The position numbers and the translations under genes were made by a program. This document shows, piece after piece, positions 28,869 through 38,384 of a DNA stretch of 64,000 nucleotides. Source of the stretch: a virus (Duplodnaviria; Caudoviricetes); IMG/VR virus record IMGVR_UViG_3300047160_009226, positions 32,001 to 96,000 of that record, one strand, 5' to 3'. The notes beneath the pieces are model-generated. The model was given only the letters and a program-made list of their open reading frames with translations. It did not search any database and was not told where the DNA came from. How positions within the stretch are numbered: the stretch's first letter is position 1; each line of letters starts with the position of its first letter.

Positions 28869-29760
28869 TGTGATCCTTTAAGCTTGCCACAAATAATGTA
28901 AACGGCCTTCCATCCTTTCCCATCAGGACCATCGGTCTAGTACCAGTATCCGGGGATAAATCACGACTCTGACCACTAGAACGACAATCCCTGAACTCCG
29001 GTTGCTGCAACCTTGTCTGATGGTCATCTAACTTAGGAAAAAGATTGCTTCCACCTTGAAAGTAATCCTTCTGCCAGCCTTTCTTTTCATATTCACTTCC
29101 CCGAATTGCTAGACCCTTGTTGAATTTATCCCTCTCTTCTCTCCACTGCATATGTAGTTTCAAGAGTTCAGGATTTTCTTCTAGATCGTGAATTTCAGGC
29201 TTGAAAATCTCCGTCATCATTCTGGGTATTGGGAAGATCCTACAGTAAGATTCTCCCGCCTCGAAGACCACCTCATGATTCTTTCTTGTGAATAACCAGT
29301 TCATAGTGAAAGTTGCAGTCGAGAAGTCTGTCTCAACAATTCCCTCCAGAGGGATAATTCCGTCCTTAGGCTGATTCGGGGGTCCTTTCACATAGAGGTT
29401 CACACCATGAGGTGTCCGAAATAAATGTCCCAAGGTTATGGTGAGCGTGCCGACACCGAAGTGGGCCTGTGGAAGGTTAGATTGTTTATTAGTCGGAAAT
29501 GTTATTTTCACATCTGATGGTGCTGATCCCCCATTCCATGATGCAATAAAGCTGACGGGATTTATGATGTCCCAGCCGAATTGATTACACAGAACCATCG
29601 GCAAACACCTGTAAGGGAAACGTTTATGTGCGTTGTCCATCCATTCTCGATCCGGTTTAGCGGACCTAATCAGCGGAGCTTCGGGGCTGCACTGATACGC
29701 CGTAAAAAAATCTGTCTTAACGACAAGATTTTTCTCGGTGATTTCTGTTGTATCGTCCAT
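28720..29760 (-). CDS. DUF6065 family protein (paralog 1)
   Basis: REWMD..YRCLPMVLCNQFGWDI, GPPNQPKDGIIPLEGIVETD, FTMNW, WQKDYF. Confidence 0.75.
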   Translation of the reverse strand: MDDTTEITEKNLVVKTDFFTAYQCSPEAPLIRSAKPDREWMDNAHKRFPYRCLPMVLCNQFGWDIINPVSFIASWNGGSAPSDVKITFPTNKQSNLPQAHFGVGTLTITLGHLFRTPHGVNLYVKGPPNQPKDGIIPLEGIVETDFSTATFTMNWLFTRKNHEVVFEAGESYCRIFPIPRMMTEIFKPEIHDLEENPELLKLHMQWREERDKFNKGLAIRGSEYEKKGWQKDYFQGGSNLFPKLDDHQTRLQQPEFRDCRSSGQSRDLSPDTGTRPMVLMGKDGRPFTLFVASLKDHNVKQTRSTPYTTLPPREKSQEGHDESSHETNSDDIKGAGNGGDDRDRAL

Positions 29761-29764
29761 TGTA

Positions 29765-30148
29765 TTATTCCATCAATCCCTTTCTTCTTGCCCATCTACG
29801 ACATTGCGACTCACTGATTTTTTGTTTCGTTTCTTCACTGAGTTTTGTACCTCGTTTCGCTTTACTCATCTTCTGTTTAGCTTCTTCACTCATCTTTTTA
29901 CCAAGTTGTGCTTCTCTCATTTTCTGCTTTGATTCTTCACTGCAACTTTTACCACGCTGCACCTCACTGAGTTTTCGTCTATGCTCTTCACTCAATTTTC
30001 TACCACGTTTCGCTTCACTCATTTTCCGTCTAGTCTCTTCACTCTTTCTCTTACCTCGTTTCGCCTCACTCATTTTCTGTCTGGTTTCTTCACTGATCTT
30101 TTTCCTACAAGGTATTTCATCCGATTCCTTCCCTTCTTTGTTAAACAT
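29765..30148 (-). CDS. stand-alone NUMOD3 repeat protein (no nuclease domain)
   Basis: Six SEETxxK(M/I/L)SExxxGK-type repeats make up the whole protein. Confidence 0.8.
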   Translation of the reverse strand: MFNKEGKESDEIPCRKKISEETRQKMSEAKRGKRKSEETRRKMSEAKRGRKLSEEHRRKLSEVQRGKSCSEESKQKMREAQLGKKMSEEAKQKMSKAKRGTKLSEETKQKISESQCRRWARRKGLME

Positions 30149-30165
30149 GAAAGTTCTCCTAAAAA

Positions 30166-30795
30166 TTATTTAGACAGTGTAAGTACTTCCCTCGTGTCGT
30201 AAGTTCCTTTCGCCATTTCTTCGCCATCCGGCTCCTCTTCTTCCAGTTCCTCAAGACTCTTCTCTTCGCGTTTTTTCTTCTCTTCCTCCCATGCATGAGC
30301 CATCATTTCAGCGCTGCGCTCCATATCCACCATCCAAATGCCCCAGCGAGAAACTACATCGGCAAAATCCTCGATGTCATGCTCGCGGAGATAATATTTA
30401 ATCATATTCATATCATTTTTCAGAGGAATGCCCAAATCCAGATCCATAATCGGGCGAGGATGGCATAATTGATGATCTACAAGAGCCCGTCTATTGTCAT
30501 CTGTTGTCGCGGGATTATGCCAATAATTATAGTTCAAAAGAATCTTGATGTCCTTGTTGTGCATCTGACGATCGAAATCCGAGAAAAGGGAGACAGAAGC
30601 CAAGACAACTTTGGCATCGCGGTTCGGTTTCCATCCGTAATTATAGCCAATCACAATACTCGCTTCCGCCAATTCCGGATGGAACTGAGCAATCAGGGAA
30701 TCCATCAGGATGTATGGAAGTTGTGAGTCATCCATCTCGCCCGTTCTAGCGAGAAGTTTCTGACTGACCTGTGGCGGCTTCTTGGGTGCTGGCAT
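30166..30795 (-). CDS. putative phage metallopeptidase-family protein (HQxxH variant)
   Basis: [34 protein letters not shown]. Confidence 0.65.
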   Translation of the reverse strand: MPAPKKPPQVSQKLLARTGEMDDSQLPYILMDSLIAQFHPELAEASIVIGYNYGWKPNRDAKVVLASVSLFSDFDRQMHNKDIKILLNYNYWHNPATTDDNRRALVDHQLCHPRPIMDLDLGIPLKNDMNMIKYYLREHDIEDFADVVSRWGIWMVDMERSAEMMAHAWEEEKKKREEKSLEELEEEEPDGEEMAKGTYDTREVLTLSK

Positions 30796-30798
30796 CTT

Positions 30799-32349
30799 CT
30801 AACCCTCCCACAGCTGAGTATACCCATCCCACTTAGAATCCCCTAGTGATCCAAACGAACTTGGAATAAACTTACGATCCTCAAAAAATAATTTTCTTCG
30901 ACGCTCTGTTTCCCTAGTTGCCCAAACTCTTGCTGGTGTACACCACCCCTCTTCTTGATTTTGAGTGCACGAATTCTGGTAACGCCTAACATTCATCAAA
31001 TTAGACACAGAATAACAAACCCTATATCCTGAAAAGAAATATCGATACTGCAGTTCAGTGTCATTCGTTGATTTATTCCTATTAACATCTCCAAAATCAG
31101 CGTATCCTCCAATATCTACAAATGATTTCTTAGTCATGATTATACTACAACTAGGAAGATAATGTTCGCAAATCTCATGAGGAAAAACTGCATTCCAATA
31201 CCTCTTTCCTCGTTTAATCCGCTTACGCTCAAACATGCTAACAGGAGACCATTCGTGTTCATCGCCAAATATTCGCATCCGCGATCCAAAAAGATCTGAC
31301 TTAGTCAACCGCAGAAGATTAATTCCAGCATAAACTCGATTGCTGGCACTAATATCATCTCCATCCATAAGAGCTATATAATCCGTTTCCAAAAATGGAA
31401 CTATGTTATTCACTGTCATGAACTGACCAATATTTATATAGTTTCGATAGACTCGTACATTTTTTTGTAATTTCCATCTACTCAGAAATGATGAGGTATC
31501 TTCTCTTGAGCAGTCATCAATTAAGTGCACAATAACATCAGCATTATCCTGCTCCACAACTGACTTAATCGCCTCTTCGACAAAGTCAAGGTTTCCATAA
31601 AACGGAAGGATAATATCTACCTCCACCTTACTCTGCTGATACCCAATCGCATGATGCCTCAATGATTTAGTATCTTCCGAAGGATGATTCTGATGTGCTG
31701 ATTTGAGAACCTCCCCATAATCACACGGCCGTTCCTCGTCCTTAGCCCTCTGAATCAGGTCCTCCAAATAAAAATAAGGGGTATCTCGAAACCCGCCCAT
31801 ATCCAAAATTGTGTTTTTTCTAACAATAACCAAGTTTCCGCGATCAAAGCCTATCCTCACCAACACCTCTCGTCCGCTATTCTGAAGTCTGTTGATTTGA
31901 GATCTAACATAATCCGAATCCATGATATACGGAACTGAAAAAACTATAAAATTAGACTTTAACCTAGGTATCAAAAAATGTACTGAAGTATGTATTGAAT
32001 TACTTCTAGCTCCAACAAAAGTAACTTTATGATCATCTTTCTGGATTTGAAATTTTCCTGGATCATTAGTGACAATATAGAAATGAATATCCAACAATTT
32101 CTGTCCTTGTAAGACCCAATACTGACCCATAACATCAACCGCACCGTCTATAAGAATTACATCACACTGATAAGATCTATTATTTCCGATGATTTTCCAG
32201 AAAGCCTCACGCCCTTCACCTATTCCATATGTAAAATAATGCTCTTCAGCCCCTCCACTTTCTCCTCTGTCGATAGCATCCTTGACATCTTGATTAACTT
32301 CCAAATATTTCTCTGCATCAAAAACAGAGTTAATCGTCCTAGGTTCCAT
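30799..32349 (-). CDS. glycosyltransferase family 2 with an N-terminal FDAExYLxxNxDV domain
   Basis: IILPFY, LIDDCS, IALMDGDD; N-terminal FDAEKYLEVNQDV..HYFTYGIGEGR. Confidence 0.85.
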   Translation of the reverse strand: MEPRTINSVFDAEKYLEVNQDVKDAIDRGESGGAEEHYFTYGIGEGREAFWKIIGNNRSYQCDVILIDGAVDVMGQYWVLQGQKLLDIHFYIVTNDPGKFQIQKDDHKVTFVGARSNSIHTSVHFLIPRLKSNFIVFSVPYIMDSDYVRSQINRLQNSGREVLVRIGFDRGNLVIVRKNTILDMGGFRDTPYFYLEDLIQRAKDEERPCDYGEVLKSAHQNHPSEDTKSLRHHAIGYQQSKVEVDIILPFYGNLDFVEEAIKSVVEQDNADVIVHLIDDCSREDTSSFLSRWKLQKNVRVYRNYINIGQFMTVNNIVPFLETDYIALMDGDDISASNRVYAGINLLRLTKSDLFGSRMRIFGDEHEWSPVSMFERKRIKRGKRYWNAVFPHEICEHYLPSCSIIMTKKSFVDIGGYADFGDVNRNKSTNDTELQYRYFFSGYRVCYSVSNLMNVRRYQNSCTQNQEEGWCTPARVWATRETERRRKLFFEDRKFIPSSFGSLGDSKWDGYTQLWEG

Positions 32350-35306
32350 TACTCTCCAACCTCCTCCTGAGGCGGCGAATTCTCCTCACCGAACACTGAT
32401 GAAAGTATATCTTCGGGTTCACCCGCAATCTCCTCTGGTGCCCCGGATTCCTCCAAAGGCCCATTCCCCAACGCTTCAGATTCAAGCCCCTCCATCGAGT
32501 CCGTAAGCCCCTCGGCAACTTTTTCTACAACCCTCTCACCCGACTCTGGAGGTGCAACTGCTGCCGCAGCTTCCTGCTCATTCAATTTTGACTCGATTTC
32601 ATGAATCCTGTCCAAAATTATCTTCTCCATCGCCGCATAACCTTCATCACCTAGTTTACTCTCCAAAAGTTCCAACCGCTGACCACGATACTCGATTCCG
32701 GTCTCTGGATTAGTCCAATAAATCGTCTTACTACGTCGCGTCAACATATTCAATGCATCTGCCTGTTCAATCAAACTATCACGAGACAATACCAACTCCA
32801 ATAGACCCTCACTAACCACTCCAGTTGTATCCGTAAGCTCCTCTTCTTCTCCTGTATCAACAACTTCCTCTGTCATCCCCAAAACTTGCGCATGAATCTC
32901 ATCAGCCTTATCCCATTGGAGCATCTTCTGGAGTGAATCCAGTATTTCTAAACCTTGACGGCCGTGCGTCTGCCCCTTCAATGCTTGAACCAGCTTTTCC
33001 TTCCCAACTACAGAGAACACTTTTCCCTCAGGAAGCTTGATCTCATATGTTCCTTTGCCCTTTGATGTTGTAATGAGTCTTTGAGTAATAGCCATGTCAA
33101 TAATTGTTCTAACTGTATCAATCCCCTCCCCAAACTGAATATATCCCATAGCAGAACGATACGGAGATCCACACTTATTCTTACTCATCGTCATCTTAAC
33201 CATATTAGCAATTGGAATGTCTTCGCGGTCGCCTAACATTGGATTATATACACTAGCCTTGATAACCTTACTCGGACGCAAGTCAATCATCTGCGACGCA
33301 TAAAATTTAAGTGCAAACCCACCTGGCTGATTTTCTCGATCTGATCCCGGAATCCCTACCGTACTCTTCCCTTTCTGTCCATATCCAATTTGGATGTTAG
33401 ATCGAAGTTGATTCAGAAGTAAGAATGTAACTCCATACTTGGCTGCAAACTTCACCCACCTCGCCAGAAGATCTGAAAACATTCTGGCCTGAAGAGCCAC
33501 CTGCGGATTCTCATCGGACTCACGCTCAAAGGCAGCCTTGGGAACCATAGCCGGAATACTGTCGATGATCCAAATAGCAGGGAAGACTTTCTGCTCTTCG
33601 AAAAGCTTAACCAGATTGTCTGCCATCTCGAATTCATCAGATGGGATGAGCAAGAACCTACCATTATGTTTATGAAGTCCCATCTTCCTGGCATAATTCA
33701 CTGCCATTGAATGCTCATAATCCTGGAACACCACAACGGCATTAGGATTATCTGTGAGTTCCTGATTTGCAAGGTGCATGGCCAATGTCGAATTATGGCT
33801 GATCAACCCTCCTGTCGAATAAAGAGACCCAATAGGCACCGAAAGATCTGCCATCGGCACCTCTACACCTGTCGCTTTAGAATACGTCACTCTATCCAGA
33901 TAAGTATATGGAGACGCCATGAGAGAAAGAGTTTGAAAAATACGATCAAAAGTTTTCTTTTTCAGACTCAATGGAAAAAGCAACTCAGCGACTTCCTTAA
34001 GATTTTCCTTTTCTAGATCCTCTACCTCTATACTCTCGGTCTGTTTCTCAAGATATTCCTCTTTGAGTGCCTCCTTAGCCCGTTCCAAAGTCTGTCGAAG
34101 ATAGTCATGGGTTTCAATTCGATCGATAACAGATTCACCCCTCCAATCCGGTGAAATGTCATACCCGCTCCAAAGAATCTGTTGGGCTGTCTGTTGTGCT
34201 AATCGATCCCTCAGAGCGACTTTAAATTTCTCTCGACTGAATGTATCCAAAGATGGATATATAATCGCACGTACTCCAATGTTTTCCAAAACCATGTGCA
34301 AGGTCTTGGCAACATCCTCCGACTCAAGCTCGATCTCCAGATCATACTGAGTCCACACCCCTCGCGTCAATGTCAGCCCGGCACACCAATGTGATTGAGC
34401 CGTCAGAGATGCTGTTCTTATGATTCCAGGGACCAACCTAATAGCTTCTTGGGCCAATTCCGACCACCGACCATCCTGAATCCGAGCCATCCCTGAAAAA
34501 CGCGAAAACTCCACCACATCCTTATCAAAAGGATCGGCAGAGTCATCTCCTGTCATCTCCTTTGCCCACTGACGAACCATCCTAATCTGACTTGGATTCG
34601 TCACCAGCAAGTAAAGTGAGCGATCTCGAGTCTCAATCCCACACAGGGCTCCAAAAAATGATGCCGTAGAAGATTGCTCTATTGTTATCTCTTCATCGTC
34701 AAGAGGAAGTAACCATTGAAAAATTTTATCTGATGGTCCAGTAACCTTCTGTCCTACTGTCTTGACTAACACATTTCCCAACCGCAAATCCCTCAACATC
34801 ACCCAAGCCAAAACTCCACGATCAGTCAGAGATAAGACTCGATGTGTTTTTGATGCAACTAACTCATTTCCGTCTTCAGTAATAACTCGATGACTTTCCA
34901 ATGTTCCCGCGAAATACATAGCATTCGTCTGAACTCGCTCTGACTCAGCATTCGGAACATAAATTGTCAATTCTGCATGTTGATTCGGCTGTACCTCATC
35001 TCCTACAGTATTCCAGTAAAGCTCATTGGCCAGATCCTGCATCCGGATCAAACCTCTCCCATAGACAGGGATAAACGTGCTAAGACATACACACTTTCCC
35101 GATGACTCGGGTCCCTTGACCACAATCACACGCCCGCGGGGAATCCCCCCACAATTAGTAATCCAGTCCAATGAAGGACACTTAGATTTGATAACCGGTA
35201 TATTTTCTTGAGCATCTAGTGAACGCAGTCTACGGTGTTTTGTCAAATATTCTTTGATATTCCCCAAACCGACCGGATGAAACTTAGGCATAGAGTAATA
35301 ACTCAT
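32349..35306 (-). CDS. recA: RecA recombinase interrupted by an intein
   Basis: GGIPRGR, GPESSGK|STLA, FQDYEH, IIDS, LLNQLR, GGFALKFYAS, KNK; acidic C-terminal tail. Confidence 0.92.
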   Translation of the reverse strand: MSYYSMPKFHPVGLGNIKEYLTKHRRLRSLDAQENIPVIKSKCPSLDWITNCGGIPRGRVIVVKGPESSGKCVCLSTFIPVYGRGLIRMQDLANELYWNTVGDEVQPNQHAELTIYVPNAESERVQTNAMYFAGTLESHRVITEDGNELVASKTHRVLSLTDRGVLAWVMLRDLRLGNVLVKTVGQKVTGPSDKIFQWLLPLDDEEITIEQSSTASFFGALCGIETRDRSLYLLVTNPSQIRMVRQWAKEMTGDDSADPFDKDVVEFSRFSGMARIQDGRWSELAQEAIRLVPGIIRTASLTAQSHWCAGLTLTRGVWTQYDLEIELESEDVAKTLHMVLENIGVRAIIYPSLDTFSREKFKVALRDRLAQQTAQQILWSGYDISPDWRGESVIDRIETHDYLRQTLERAKEALKEEYLEKQTESIEVEDLEKENLKEVAELLFPLSLKKKTFDRIFQTLSLMASPYTYLDRVTYSKATGVEVPMADLSVPIGSLYSTGGLISHNSTLAMHLANQELTDNPNAVVVFQDYEHSMAVNYARKMGLHKHNGRFLLIPSDEFEMADNLVKLFEEQKVFPAIWIIDSIPAMVPKAAFERESDENPQVALQARMFSDLLARWVKFAAKYGVTFLLLNQLRSNIQIGYGQKGKSTVGIPGSDRENQPGGFALKFYASQMIDLRPSKVIKASVYNPMLGDREDIPIANMVKMTMSKNKCGSPYRSAMGYIQFGEGIDTVRTIIDMAITQRLITTSKGKGTYEIKLPEGKVFSVVGKEKLVQALKGQTHGRQGLEILDSLQKMLQWDKADEIHAQVLGMTEEVVDTGEEEELTDTTGVVSEGLLELVLSRDSLIEQADALNMLTRRSKTIYWTNPETGIEYRGQRLELLESKLGDEGYAAMEKIILDRIHEIESKLNEQEAAAAVAPPESGERVVEKVAEGLTDSMEGLESEALGNGPLEESGAPEEIAGEPEDILSSVFGEENSPPQEEVGE
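33792..35093 (-). mobile_element. 434-aa intein in the RecA P-loop with a degenerate LAGLIDADG domain
   Basis: Starts CVCLSTF, block B ASKTHRV, ends GGLISHN followed by Ser+1; 1302 nt in frame. Confidence 0.9.
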
Positions 35307-35430
35307 AAAAATTCAAGCGATGTCAAAATCGCTTACTCCTCTCATAATAAAGGATGAACTGATCCCTTTAGAATTACCGTCGGATAAATCGGCTATAATA
35401 AAATACCCAAAATTATCCGAAAAAAATGAC

Positions 35431-36018
35431 CTAAGCCAGCCGATCTAGGATGCCAAGATCAATTAAAACTTGCCTGAATTGAGGGATAAGCACTTGTAAT
35501 ATAACTCGATCATAGTATCCCTTAGATCTAAGCCACATACTTGGATGCGTCATCGGAAAATAGGCCCAACCCGGAAGATGTCTAAACTCTACTTTTTTAC
35601 CTTGAATCACTGATATTGGTGATACATCCCCTGTAATCCTTCGATATGCATCAAAACCAAATGGCATAATAAGTTTAGGCTTGATCTGTGCAATTTCTCT
35701 TTTCAAAAAATCTTCGCAGCAATCGAATACTTCATCTGTCGGACATGGATCTCCTGGACCACCATAACATTTAGACGTATTCGTAATGTAAACTTTATCC
35801 CTGGAGATTCCTGCATCCGAAAAAAACTGATCCAAACGTTTGCCAGCTGGACCGATAAACGGCCTTCCTATCAAATCTTCAGTAGAACCTGGATTCCTGC
35901 CAACGACAAAAAGAGGCGAATCCTCCGGTCCTTCCGGTGGAACCGTCTGAGATTTTCTATCTTTCCAGGGGCAATTCGGACATCCCTGCTTAATTTCATC
36001 AAGCAATGAAATAGTCAT
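35431..36018 (-). CDS. uracil-DNA glycosylase family 4-like (4Fe-4S)
   Basis: CPNC, VVGRNPG..EDLIGRPFIGPAGKRL, YITNTSKC, THPS. Confidence 0.85.
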   Translation of the reverse strand: MTISLLDEIKQGCPNCPWKDRKSQTVPPEGPEDSPLFVVGRNPGSTEDLIGRPFIGPAGKRLDQFFSDAGISRDKVYITNTSKCYGGPGDPCPTDEVFDCCEDFLKREIAQIKPKLIMPFGFDAYRRITGDVSPISVIQGKKVEFRHLPGWAYFPMTHPSMWLRSKGYYDRVILQVLIPQFRQVLIDLGILDRLA

Positions 36019-36086
36019 AACACTATTCTTATAGATAACAAAAATATGGATCTCTATTTCTGCTATCTACTTAATGGCTGCTTAAA

Positions 36087-36848
36087 TCAAAAATTAGTCC
36101 AAAAAGATTCAAACTTACGATGTACCATTCCAGTCTCAGGAGCAAGAAAAATCTTTTGCTCTTTTTTAGTCAAAAATTCTTGACTCCAACATCCTTCTAA
36201 ACAAATAGCCCAGAACCGACCACTGTGAACTGCTACAAAGAAAGCATCTGCTTCATGATCCTTGACGCCTTTCCTGATATCACCACTGACCTCATAGTAA
36301 CGCTCTTTGACAATTTTTGGCTTAGTCTGACCTTCATGATGAGCCACAGATTGAAGTTGTGGTGGCTTAAGAGCTACTCCATAATGAGGGATGTGATCTA
36401 TATGTGAAAAAATTTCTGTCGTCTCCTGTCTCTCTCCGTCAGCCCAGCGATTATCAGGGCATCGAGCCAATCTTACTTGACGTAAATTTGTACAGAAGTA
36501 TGGAAAGACAATCCCAAACTGAATCGCCACTCCCCAAGTACATCTCGCTGATCCAACCTCTAACTGCGACTCCATAGCAATGAGTTCTGGCTTATGAATT
36601 GCACAAAGAAGATGCACCTCATCAATTTGATTGATCATTCTCTCATTAACAGTCATCTGATTATCAGTACTGAATGTTCCTCCATCTATTCTCTGGAAAC
36701 ATTTATAAGTGTGTATGCCTGTTCTATCATTCATCCAAGAAGGCGCTTGCTCTTCATTGATCACATTCGGGTCGAAGTTCACTAATACCCACCCCATATT
36801 AGCTAGGGCCGGATCAAACGCCAATATTTTTAAGGGCTCTATACCCAT
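36087..36848 (-). CDS. RuvC-like Holliday junction resolvase
   Basis: ILAFDPALANMGW, IAMES, HEADAFFVA. Confidence 0.75.
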   Translation of the reverse strand: MGIEPLKILAFDPALANMGWVLVNFDPNVINEEQAPSWMNDRTGIHTYKCFQRIDGGTFSTDNQMTVNERMINQIDEVHLLCAIHKPELIAMESQLEVGSARCTWGVAIQFGIVFPYFCTNLRQVRLARCPDNRWADGERQETTEIFSHIDHIPHYGVALKPPQLQSVAHHEGQTKPKIVKERYYEVSGDIRKGVKDHEADAFFVAVHSGRFWAICLEGCWSQEFLTKKEQKIFLAPETGMVHRKFESFWTNF

Positions 36849-36860
36849 AACCTAAAATAT

Positions 36861-36897
36861 AAAAACGAGTCGACCCAAGGAAAAGATCGACCCGTTT
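36861..36897 (-). terminator. intrinsic terminator
   Basis: Minus strand AAACGGGTCGATC-loop-GGTCGACTCGTTT-TT after the stop at 36927. Confidence 0.7.
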
Positions 36898-36926
36898 CTT
36901 AACTCCCTCCGTCATCAGATCAGTAG

Positions 36927-37931
36927 TCAGCCTTCCGAGGATGATCCCAGGATGCTTTCCATTCCCTCTTGAGACAAGTCCGGGAATTCCGGAGAGGGAT
37001 TGTGCTCAAGAGCTGTCCGGTTACCATTTCCGGTCACCTCAGTAGCTCCAGAGCCAAGAAGGCCCGCAAAATCAATCTCCTCAGGCATCGTCGTTGCCGT
37101 CGGTGCTCCCTGCTTGCCCTTACCTCCCTGCTGTTGAGCACCCGTTATCATCTCAACGATTTCAGCAATAGTGAAATCTTTGGCGATGAGTTTCGGGAGA
37201 TTGACATACATCTTAGCGGCTTCCTTGATGATCCTTTGCATGACCATCGGATCCTGACGCCACAGAGAAGGGCCAGCCGGAGAGAACTTGGTCCGATCGT
37301 ACAGCCCCTCCTTCTGAGTCCAAACCATGTAATCGTTTTTGATCACTGGATTGGTTCGGCTGTGCTCCTTCCATGCCCGAGTCTTGGCATCATTGATTGA
37401 CCATGGCTTAAGCTCGTATTTGAAGTTGAGCTTATGCCCGCCTCCCACCTCGATCTGTCGATCGGGTGGCAGGATCACCGGTTCGTTTTCGTTGTCAAGA
37501 TCGTACTCCAAAAGTACGAACCCGTAAACGATTTGTGCCGGCTTCTCGATCAGCCCATCTGGAATGCCGTCCTTCCAATAGATGTATCCGACTCCATCGA
37601 TCCAGAACGTCTTGGCTGCTTCAGTTCTGGCGTAAATGATCGTCTTCTTCCCGTTCTCGTCGGTCCAGACCTCCGCCGATGGTGGATTCTTTTTCAGGCT
37701 GTTCGTGAGATTCTCGCGAAGCGCTCTGATGTCCTCGATCTCTTCAATTGCTCTTGCATCCCTAGCTGTGGCCCTCCGTTGCAAATCCTGTGTCGGCACC
37801 AATTGATTCTCATACGCCGTGGCTGGGATATATGCGATTCTCTGTGGCCGTTCCTTAATGCCTGTCACCTTAAAGAATTCGCCGTCTCCCTTGCCCACGC
37901 GCCGATCGTCAAACGAATAGTGTCGTCCCAT
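36927..37931 (-). CDS. probable single-stranded DNA-binding protein (gp32-like)
   Basis: Aromatic-rich core, RIAYIP strand, acidic unstructured tail, recombination-gene context; no diagnostic motif. Confidence 0.4.
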   Translation of the reverse strand: MGRHYSFDDRRVGKGDGEFFKVTGIKERPQRIAYIPATAYENQLVPTQDLQRRATARDARAIEEIEDIRALRENLTNSLKKNPPSAEVWTDENGKKTIIYARTEAAKTFWIDGVGYIYWKDGIPDGLIEKPAQIVYGFVLLEYDLDNENEPVILPPDRQIEVGGGHKLNFKYELKPWSINDAKTRAWKEHSRTNPVIKNDYMVWTQKEGLYDRTKFSPAGPSLWRQDPMVMQRIIKEAAKMYVNLPKLIAKDFTIAEIVEMITGAQQQGGKGKQGAPTATTMPEEIDFAGLLGSGATEVTGNGNRTALEHNPSPEFPDLSQEGMESILGSSSEG

Positions 37932-37944
37932 TGCTATTGCTCCT

Positions 37945-38384
37945 GATCTAGAAATGAGAGGAAAAACTCGTCATCACGTCTCTAAACTTGCACGTTGCAC
38001 GTCACGTCTGAGTATCCCGAATTCCACACCGCTCGGAATCACACAGTATGTTCAAAAGGTCAAGGTGGTGACAAATTTCATACTGGGCTCAACTTAATCA
38101 CACGCCATCCCCGGACCTTCAAGCGTGTCGCATTACCAGTTACCTGGTCCCCAGTTTTCCTGTTAATTCAGGCACACCACACGGTCCGGCCTATTACGGG
38201 CTTGTACCTTTGCCCTATTCCCCGATCATGAGTTGAGATCATGATCACTGGTTACCCAGTTCTAAACATCAAGGTGGAAGAATACCTGACAGACAGAGAT
38301 GGAAGCGAGGCCAGTTCCCGCGAGGCATCACTCTACTAAAAGCACCTCACCCCATCTCTGCTGTCAGATATTACGCTTGCTAAA
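37945..38384 (-). ncRNA. candidate large structured non-coding RNA / leader
   Basis: No minus-strand ORF; at least 8 stems, two GUAA tetraloops and a 7-bp loop-involving long-range pairing. Confidence 0.55.

Noticed and set aside
29748-30173. Hydrophobic repetitive plus-strand ORF resembling a membrane protein
   Set aside because: It is the antisense reading of the NUMOD3 repeats
37945-38384. Identification as tmRNA, RNase P, SRP, group II intron, hammerhead, or TPP/cobalamin/c-di-GMP riboswitch
   Set aside because: Diagnostic sequences (tRNA-like ends, GAGGAAAGUCC, GGAA-GCAGC loop, domain V, CUGAUGA) were not found; kept as unclassified
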